From IMG/VR virus record IMGVR_UViG_3300029288_005821: DNA of 20,000 nucleotides; one strand, given 5' to 3'. Positions 15,478 through 20,000 of the stretch are shown piece after piece. A program made the translations under genes and the position numbers. Numbering within the stretch: the stretch's first letter is position 1; the number at the start of each line of letters is the position of its first letter. Under the pieces are notes generated by a model. It ran no database searches, was not told the origin of the DNA, and was given only the letters and a program-made list of their open reading frames with translations. Source of the stretch: an uncultured virus (IMG/VR IMGVR_UViG_3300029288_005821). Its lineage: Duplodnaviria > Heunggongvirae > Uroviricota > Caudoviricetes.

Positions 15478-15728
15478 TCGTCGTGATTGGTTGTGGCGGG
15501 AGTCGTTCGAAATTGACTCTGGCGACGGCCCTTTGGTTTCCAACGTTCGCGAAGTTCCTGCATTGTAATCCGGCCTTCAAAGAGATCTGTCACGTCATGA
15601 ATCGGACCGGATGCGATGACGATTTGTTGACAGAGAACGCCATCAACTACAACTTCGGTGACCAGACTAGCTCGTTGTCCATCACCGCTGGGTTGAATGT
15701 GGGTGTTTCGAATCTTCGGTTCAATCAT
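15474..15728 (-). CDS. Hypothetical protein (84 aa)
   Basis: 8-nt overlap with the upstream gene; GGAG SD. Confidence 0.65.
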   Translation of the reverse strand: MIEPKIRNTHIQPSGDGQRASLVTEVVVDGVLCQQIVIASGPIHDVTDLFEGRITMQELRERWKPKGRRQSQFRTTPATTNHDE

Positions 15729-15966
15729 TGACTTGGACTCCCTGGTCGGCTAGAAGCTTGCGGATGATGGGCTCTGCCTTGGCCTTAGCCGCTGTTGATC
15801 GCTCCCCTGGCGTCTTACCACCAACTTCCACGGTTGCCCAACGGGAGGGGTCATTCTCATCCTCAGGACGGAAGACGTAGAAAGTGGTGATGGTGGAGCT
15901 CCCATATAGGCGCTTGGCTCGAACTCCACCGTTATATCGATTCTTTGAAGAAGTTGTGAGTTTCAT
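15721..15966 (-). CDS. Hypothetical protein (81 aa)
   Basis: Start set by the class A module SD. Confidence 0.75.
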   Translation of the reverse strand: MKLTTSSKNRYNGGVRAKRLYGSSTITTFYVFRPEDENDPSRWATVEVGGKTPGERSTAAKAKAEPIIRKLLADQGVQVND

Positions 15967-15988
15967 TGCCGTCATCTCCAACTTCGGA

Positions 15989-16012
15989 TACGATGGTAAA
16001 GATAGGATTTAC
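15989..16012 (-). promoter_or_regulatory. Class A promoter module
   Basis: GTAAAT-N14-CGTA-N9-GGAG; the TAA is the upstream gene's stop. Confidence 0.8.
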
Positions 16013-16338
16013 GAATTCTCGGGATGACTTGACTCTCGCTTGGTTACTGGCTCTTCGTCTTCCATCCCCCCATACTCTTCATCGTCCTTCCATTCGATGA
16101 AGTTTCCGTCCTCGTCAATGACGCCCTCTTCCATGAGGAACGACTTGAATGTCGAATTGTGTGTGGCGTACTCCGAATCATCAATGGCCGTACTGAGATT
16201 GGCGAACCAATAGGCCTTTGCATTGGGCCAACTTGCAGTGCGACGAGCCAAGGATTCGATTTCGCTCTTGCATTCTTGAAGTTTGATGTAAAGCTTGTAA
16301 AGCTCTTCACGTTCCATGTCATCTAGTTTGCTTGCCAT
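16009..16338 (-). CDS. Hypothetical acidic protein (109 aa)
   Basis: Start MASKLDD, behind the class A module. Confidence 0.8.
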   Translation of the reverse strand: MASKLDDMEREELYKLYIKLQECKSEIESLARRTASWPNAKAYWFANLSTAIDDSEYATHNSTFKSFLMEEGVIDEDGNFIEWKDDEEYGGMEDEEPVTKRESSHPENS

Positions 16339-16359
16339 GTCGTCATCTCCAACCTTGAA

Positions 16360-16383
16360 TACGGGTAAGGCCCGGGAATTTCC
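16360..16383 (-). promoter_or_regulatory. Class A promoter module
   Basis: GGAAAT-N14-CGTA-N9-GGAG; AGGCCCGG/CCGGGCCT hairpin 16368-16389. Confidence 0.8.
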
Positions 16384-16394
16384 GGGCCTCCGTT

Positions 16395-16754
16395 TTAGGC
16401 GACTGCAAGAACTGGCGAAATCGAAATGAGATTCTTCTCTGCCCATTCTGACGAGAAGTAGATGGCGTACACACGTTGTCCGAGTTCAGCCGATACGCAG
16501 TTGCTTTCCCACTCGAGTGTCAGAGCACCTTGGAGAAGGCCGAGAATTTTGCGAACGAGACCGTCATTGATTTCATCGACGTCATAGACATAGCCACGTT
16601 CTTTGCTAGCGGCGTCACGGTTCACTTTGCTAGTTCGATGAATACCACTACAGCCACACCAGCAACCCTTATCTTTCCTGCCACTATAGACAGAAATGAT
16701 GTCTTCGAATTTGATCATATTCACGTTCCCAACAATTTTGGTGGTCGTCGTCAT
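16395..16754 (-). CDS. Hypothetical phage protein with YSG...GCxCGCxG motif (119 aa)
   Basis: Start set by the class A module. Confidence 0.8.
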   Translation of the reverse strand: MTTTTKIVGNVNMIKFEDIISVYSGRKDKGCWCGCSGIHRTSKVNRDAASKERGYVYDVDEINDGLVRKILGLLQGALTLEWESNCVSAELGQRVYAIYFSSEWAEKNLISISPVLAVA

Positions 16755-16776
16755 TGTCGTCATCTCCATTTTCAAA

Positions 16777-16800
16777 TACGGATGAGGCCCGGTTATTTAC
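16777..16800 (-). promoter_or_regulatory. Class A promoter module
   Basis: GTAAAT-N14-CGTA-N9-GGAG; same 8-bp hairpin stem, 16785-16809. Confidence 0.8.
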
Positions 16801-16817
16801 GCCGGGCCTTCCGATTC

Positions 16818-17084
16818 TTACCAGCGAACGTCAGCTGGCAGTTGATTGTAGCAGAGCTCACAACTGTGTTCGTAAATAGTGGCTCCGTTGATATCGCCGT
16901 CAAGGCGGAGGCCGACTGCGCAGGATTTGTTGATCGCGTAGTTGGCTAGGGTTTCCATGATGCTCCTAGCATCTTTCCTCACACCAACAAACTCAATCGC
17001 TGCTTTCCTAGTGGGACGGTGCCACTTGGCCCAAAATTCACGAAGCTCTTCTTGACTCATCGTATCAAAGTTTGGGGTTTCCAT
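16818..17084 (-). CDS. Hypothetical phage protein (88 aa)
   Basis: LANYA.NK..A...RL.G.I..A..YE..C...Y..LP..VRW; start set by the module. Confidence 0.8.
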   Translation of the reverse strand: METPNFDTMSQEELREFWAKWHRPTRKAAIEFVGVRKDARSIMETLANYAINKSCAVGLRLDGDINGATIYEHSCELCYNQLPADVRW

Positions 17085-17106
17085 TGTCGTCATCTCCAAC
17101 CAATGA

Positions 17107-17130
17107 TACGAGAGAAGAAAGGGGATTTAC
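17107..17130 (-). promoter_or_regulatory. Class A promoter module
   Basis: GTAAAT-N14-CGTA-N9-GGAG; the TAA is the upstream gene's stop. Confidence 0.8.
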
Positions 17131-17387
17131 GGGCAAAGACTGCGCAAAATTCCGAGTCCTTGATTGGCCTCGGCTTCGGTCCCGTCCATCAACTCGAGAT
17201 AGACGATGCCATTGTGGGTGTCAGGTACGACAACCCATTGGAAAGGTTGAGATGCCCGTTCAACATCAGATGCAAGTCGATAGACTTCGGCCGCTAAAGA
17301 ACGGGACGGCACCCCATCATTGAGTGTTATCTGAATTTGGGGTTGAGGGTTTCCGTATTGACTCTTGATTATTGAAGCTTCTCTCAT
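17127..17387 (-). CDS. Hypothetical protein (86 aa)
   Basis: Start set by the class A module. Confidence 0.75.
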   Translation of the reverse strand: MREASIIKSQYGNPQPQIQITLNDGVPSRSLAAEVYRLASDVERASQPFQWVVVPDTHNGIVYLELMDGTEAEANQGLGILRSLCP

Positions 17388-17406
17388 CACTATCTCCGAT
17401 CATTGG

Positions 17407-17430
17407 TATGATAGAAACCCTGAGATTTTC
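17407..17430 (-). promoter_or_regulatory. Class A promoter module
   Basis: GAAAAT-N14-CATA-N9-GGAG. Confidence 0.65.
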
Positions 17431-17436
17431 GAGAAA

Positions 17437-17673
17437 TCACTTCCACTGATTCTGTTCGTCAAATTCCTTTGAAGGAATTGTCATTTCCTCTGAACCGTCC
17501 CAGATTCCCATTGCGGTACGAATGACTGTTTCGTCCCCCTCGATGTCGTACAGAACTTCTTCATCCAACCAACTCGCAGAGTGCTTTTCTCCAAGATGAA
17601 GAACTTCAACCGTGTTGATTTCCGGATTTGAATTTGGGTTCTCAGTTACACGAATTGTCGTCATTTCGGCCAT
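17437..17673 (-). CDS. Hypothetical acidic protein (78 aa)
   Basis: Start set by the class A module. Confidence 0.75.
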   Translation of the reverse strand: MAEMTTIRVTENPNSNPEINTVEVLHLGEKHSASWLDEEVLYDIEGDETVIRTAMGIWDGSEEMTIPSKEFDEQNQWK

Positions 17674-17695
17674 CGTCGTCATCTCCAACTATGAA

Positions 17696-17719
17696 TACGA
17701 CAGAAGGGATCCGACTTCC
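17696..17719 (-). promoter_or_regulatory. Class A promoter module
   Basis: GGAAGT-N14-CGTA-N9-GGAG; 13-bp hairpin with GGAA loop, 17703-17732. Confidence 0.75.
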
Positions 17720-17737
17720 GTCAAATCCCTTCCGAAG

Positions 17738-17974
17738 TTAGTTGGTGAGATGCTTACCTGATGGTTTGGTGCCGTCTACCCAGTGCTGATAGCTCCCTTC
17801 AATGACCGTCAATGTATCCCGGTTATCCCAAACTTGACGTTTCGCTGCTATCTCCTGTTCTCGTTTCAAGTGCTGTCTAGCTCGATGTAGCACCCAAACT
17901 GCGATGGCAAGAATGATGAAAGCTAAGACCGTTGCAGTACTAGCTGCAATTGTCAGATAGTGAATGAGTTTCAC
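17738..17974 (-). CDS. Small single-TM membrane protein
   Basis: Hydrophobic TVLAFIILAIAVWVL; GTGA overlap with the upstream gene. Confidence 0.7.
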   Translation of the reverse strand: MKLIHYLTIAASTATVLAFIILAIAVWVLHRARQHLKREQEIAAKRQVWDNRDTLTVIEGSYQHWVDGTKPSGKHLTN

Positions 17975-18192
17975 AGCTCAAGATCTTCCATGACCCGTGC
18001 ACGGCCTTCATGACGAGCATGGCGCTTCTGACTGCGACGAGTCCTAGCCCGATCTTCGCCATGAGCATAACCGCGAAAGTCTCCGCCCTTTTTCCGATAT
18101 CGCCCGGCTGAACTCTTCAATCCGAGTCTCTGAATGTCAGCAACATCGGGGTATTCGAGTTCAGGAGTTCGTTGCATTCCGTAGGGTCTCAT
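17971..18192 (-). CDS. Small basic protein (73 aa)
   Basis: Start MRPYG behind GGAGG and a class A module; Arg-rich C-terminus. Confidence 0.75.
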   Translation of the reverse strand: MRPYGMQRTPELEYPDVADIQRLGLKSSAGRYRKKGGDFRGYAHGEDRARTRRSQKRHARHEGRARVMEDLEL

Positions 18193-18212
18193 ATATCGCC
18201 TCCAACACTTGT

Positions 18213-18236
18213 TATATTTGGAATGACTTGATTTAC
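18213..18236 (-). promoter_or_regulatory. Class A promoter module
   Basis: GTAAAT-N14-TATA-N9-GGAG. Confidence 0.7.
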
Positions 18237-18244
18237 AAACGAAT

Positions 18245-18388
18245 GTCGTGACAGTGAACTCCCTAGGGGAGCCGCTAGAAGCCTCGACTCGAGACTGCGG
18301 GAATTGAACCCGCAACTAAGGTAACTAATCTTAGTTACTTCCGGAGTTTTTCGAGTAGTTAATTCGATCGACCCATCACTGTCACGAC
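18245..18388 (-). ncRNA. Circularly permuted tRNA-like RNA (YrlA / bacterial Y RNA-like), 144 nt
   Basis: 13-bp terminal stem; T arm GCGGG-TTCAATT-CCCGC; loop-closed 7-bp acceptor-like stem; D-like arm with GG in the loop. Confidence 0.7.
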
Positions 18389-18391
18389 TAG

Positions 18392-18474
18392 TGGCCCCTC
18401 CCGGACTTGAACCGGGACTGTGTTACCACAAAGGGATTTTAAATCCCCGGCGTCTGCCATTCCGCCAAGGGGCC
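18392..18474 (-). tRNA. tRNA-Leu(UAA)
   Basis: Acceptor GGCCCCT/AGGGGCC plus discriminator A; D arm GCG-GAATGGCAGA-CGC; anticodon loop TT-TAA-AA; long variable arm; T arm CCCGG-TTCAAGT-CCGGG. CCA is not encoded. Confidence 0.95.
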
Positions 18475-18487
18475 TTGTGTTTTCTTG

Positions 18488-18511
18488 TACGTCAAAAACA
18501 GCCGAATTTAC
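18488..18511 (-). promoter_or_regulatory. Class A promoter module upstream of the tRNA
   Basis: GTAAAT-N14-CGTA, 13 nt before the tRNA 5' end, with no SD part. Confidence 0.8.
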
Positions 18512-18738
18512 TTTACAACTTCCGGCTGAAAAACGACAACTGGTTCTAGGTTATCGCCTTTCCCGATGCGTTTTCCGACTTCGACCCGTTCCTTCATCAA
18601 ATCAAGGGCTCCTTGAATGCGATCAATTGAACCCTTAACCGTGTCGAAATTTTCGCAGGGTACATCAGTGGCATTAACAACGATGACTGCGAAGTGAGCC
18701 TTGAGTGAAGACGCGATATCGAGAGGTGTGATCTTCAT
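18508..18738 (-). CDS. Hypothetical protein (76 aa)
   Basis: ATG lies 9 nt after CGTA. Confidence 0.7.
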   Translation of the reverse strand: MKITPLDIASSLKAHFAVIVVNATDVPCENFDTVKGSIDRIQGALDLMKERVEVGKRIGKGDNLEPVVVFQPEVVK

Positions 18739-18747
18739 GTTTCCCTA

Positions 18748-18771
18748 TACGTCTCAAACTGTCAGATTTAC
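18748..18771 (-). promoter_or_regulatory. Class A promoter module
   Basis: GTAAAT-N14-CGTA-N9-ATG; overlaps the 3' end of the upstream gene. Confidence 0.75.
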
Positions 18772-18960
18772 AATGACTGGAACTGTCACTGTGATCGAAA
18801 TCCGGACATTGGCAACGCCAACTTCATCTTCCATCAATTCAAGATTGCCCGATCTCTCACAGTAGTCAATGAAAACGTCCTTGGCTTTTTCAAAGTCTCC
18901 TGCTTTGACGAGATACTTTGTATCGATATTTCGCCATTGAATCAAGAAGAGCTTGTCCAT
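18754..18960 (-). CDS. Hypothetical protein (68 aa)
   Basis: Class A module with SD upstream. Confidence 0.75.
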   Translation of the reverse strand: MDKLFLIQWRNIDTKYLVKAGDFEKAKDVFIDYCERSGNLELMEDEVGVANVRISITVTVPVIVNLTV

Positions 18961-18981
18961 ATCGTCATCTCCAACCGAAAA

Positions 18982-19005
18982 TATGAGTAAAGGGCCCGAA
19001 TTTAC
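18982..19005 (-). promoter_or_regulatory. Class A promoter module
   Basis: GTAAAT-N14-CATA-N9-GGAG; hairpin 18990-19013. Confidence 0.8.
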
Positions 19006-19019
19006 AGGCCCCTCTCAGA

Positions 19020-19226
19020 TCACACCCTTTCGTTCAATGTAGCAATCGAGTCAACCAGGCAGAGTCGGCTTGAAAGATCCGTAACCCGAGCTTCCCATTT
19101 CGCAATTTCAGCTAGTCGCCAACACGGACAAGCTCGAAGTTCTTGGCGTGCTACACTTAGCTTCATCCTGAGTTGATCGCCAGCTCTAACTGCACGTCGA
19201 ACGGTTCGTCTCGGGGTGGTTTTCAT
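19020..19226 (-). CDS. Small basic hypothetical protein (68 aa)
   Basis: Start set by the class A module. Confidence 0.7.
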   Translation of the reverse strand: MKTTPRRTVRRAVRAGDQLRMKLSVARQELRACPCWRLAEIAKWEARVTDLSSRLCLVDSIATLNERV

Positions 19227-19248
19227 TGTCATCATCTCCAACTCAGGA

Positions 19249-19272
19249 TACGAGCGGATAGAGATGATTTAC
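19249..19272 (-). promoter_or_regulatory. Class A promoter module
   Basis: GTAAAT-N14-CGTA-N9-GGAG; the TAA is the upstream gene's stop. Confidence 0.8.
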
Positions 19273-19511
19273 GAAAGCAGTGGATGTTCTGGGTTCGTCA
19301 TTGACGCACGGCCGTCACGAACTCGAACATTCTTGAACCCCTTCTTTACGAGAAATCGCTGATAGCGCATATCCTCGTCATCCGGGTCTTCATTTGGCCG
19401 TCGCTTCATGAAACCGAGTTCAGAGTGCCCGATCTCATCGTCAGACATCACGAGAGTATAGCTAGCACTAGAACCGAGAATAGTCTTTGACTCACCAGAT
19501 TCTGTCGTCAT
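19269..19511 (-). CDS. Hypothetical protein (80 aa)
   Basis: Start set by the class A module. Confidence 0.75.
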   Translation of the reverse strand: MTTESGESKTILGSSASYTLVMSDDEIGHSELGFMKRRPNEDPDDEDMRYQRFLVKKGFKNVRVRDGRASMTNPEHPLLS

Positions 19512-19523
19512 CGTCATCTCCAA

Positions 19524-19709
19524 TTAGTGATATGATGGAGGTGGCGAGATTTCCGAAGGCTCGGAATTCTCTTGATCTTTGAGGTAGAGCTTAGCTGCAG
19601 CTATCTCAAGTGAATTATAGCTAGAGACATCTTGCTCATAACTCAGAAGTTGAGCGATACGCCGTATTCTGATGTTGAATTCGTCTAGCTCGTCCATTGG
19701 TTCCCTCAC
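19524..19709 (-). CDS. Hypothetical protein (57-61 aa)
   Basis: Start is either GTG 19709 (9 nt after CATA) or ATG 19697 behind GAGGG. Confidence 0.65.
   Translation of the reverse strand: MREPMDELDEFNIRIRRIAQLLSYEQDVSSYNSLEIAAAKLYLKDQENSEPSEISPPPSYH
19531..19554 (-). promoter_or_regulatory. Class A promoter module
   Basis: GGAAAT-N14-CATA-N9-GGAG; lies inside the 3' end of the upstream gene. Confidence 0.7.
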
Positions 19710-19718
19710 ATCAGTTAA

Positions 19719-19742
19719 TATGAGGACAGAACCATCATTTAC
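19719..19742 (-). promoter_or_regulatory. Class A promoter module
   Basis: GTAAAT-N14-CATA-N9-GTG; the TAA is the ACP stop. Confidence 0.7.
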
Positions 19743-19978
19743 GAAAGACGTTTGACTATGTAGTCAACTATCTCTTGAACAGTCTTGAGTGGTTCAGCGT
19801 CCTCATCGGGAATGTCAATCTCGAACACCTCTTCCAAAGAGAGCAGTAATTCCACGTAACTAAGTGAATCGATATTGAAATCCCTTAAAACAGACTCAAG
19901 TTGAATCTCGTCATTCGGGATGTCCAGTTGTTCGTGAATAACATGCTTGACTTTGGTTTCGATCTCTTGCTGGTTCAT
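19739..19978 (-). CDS. acpP: Acyl carrier protein
   Basis: KVKHVIHEQL...DSLSYVELLLSLEEVFEIDIPDEDAE...TVQEIVDYI; intact DSL phosphopantetheine site; TGTACCGT 6 nt upstream of MNQQ. Confidence 0.93.
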   Translation of the reverse strand: MNQQEIETKVKHVIHEQLDIPNDEIQLESVLRDFNIDSLSYVELLLSLEEVFEIDIPDEDAEPLKTVQEIVDYIVKRLS

Positions 19979-20000
19979 CCAGTCACGGTACACTCAGCCG

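Noticed and set aside
16339..16446. N-terminal extension of ORF 16009..16446 (likewise 14532..14678 and 3152..3226)
   Set aside because: These run through promoter modules or upstream genes; better-supported starts lie downstream.
18193..18315. N-terminal extension of ORF 17971..18315
   Set aside because: It overlaps a promoter module and the tRNA-like RNA; a strong GGAGG precedes MRPYG at 18192.
18245..18388. Standard tRNA or two-piece tmRNA
   Set aside because: The arm order is permuted, the acceptor is closed by a 3-nt loop, and there is no anticodon loop, CCA or tag reading frame.
1159..18638. Antisense or alternate-frame ORFs in the track (e.g. 1159..1401, 2305..2577, 8782..9036, 12653..12952, 14662..14973, 15224..15568, 16476..16949, 18420..18638)
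   Set aside because: They are shadows of better-supported genes or of the tRNA, with no start signals.
14529..19523. Recurrent GTCGTCATCTCCAA as a CRISPR repeat or integron attC array
   Set aside because: The repeat is short and degenerate, and the intervals are hundreds of bp of whole genes. There are no cas or integrase genes and no RYYYAAC/GTTRRRY boxes.
15237..19523. Shared N-terminal peptide MEMTTM in several ORF-track proteins
   Set aside because: It is a translation of the SD/leader motif. At 16338 and 18960 the internal ATG is out of frame with the gene, so conservation is at the nucleotide level.

Overview
The window looks like part of a large, uncultured dsDNA phage genome: dense, mostly minus-strand, short orphan-like genes with no housekeeping operons. 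It has two parts separated by a ~610-bp non-coding gap (13660-14270). The AT-richer left part holds a lipoprotein, zinc-ribbon proteins, an AP2-domain protein, a DUF4376-like protein, a NADAR protein and a ThiF/MoeB E1 enzyme coupled to a C-terminal Gly-Gly protein. Many of these genes appear leaderless behind a TGTAnnnT-N5-start motif. The GC-richer right part is an array of small genes, almost each with its own copy of a fixed-geometry module GTAAAT-N14-CGTA-N9-GGAGATGACG..ATG (16 copies). It also carries tRNA-Leu(UAA) and an acyl carrier protein. Best leads: (1) a candidate phage ubiquitin-like conjugation trio (E1 lacking its catalytic Cys, GG-tailed protein, Cys-containing partner); (2) a 144-nt circularly permuted tRNA mimic (YrlA/Y-RNA-like) right after tRNA-Leu; (3) a shared C-terminal motif (Phi-Phi-x-x-[IV]-[ML]-x-x-stop) on six largely unrelated proteins; (4) the promoter-cassette array. 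All family calls are by eye; no searches were run.
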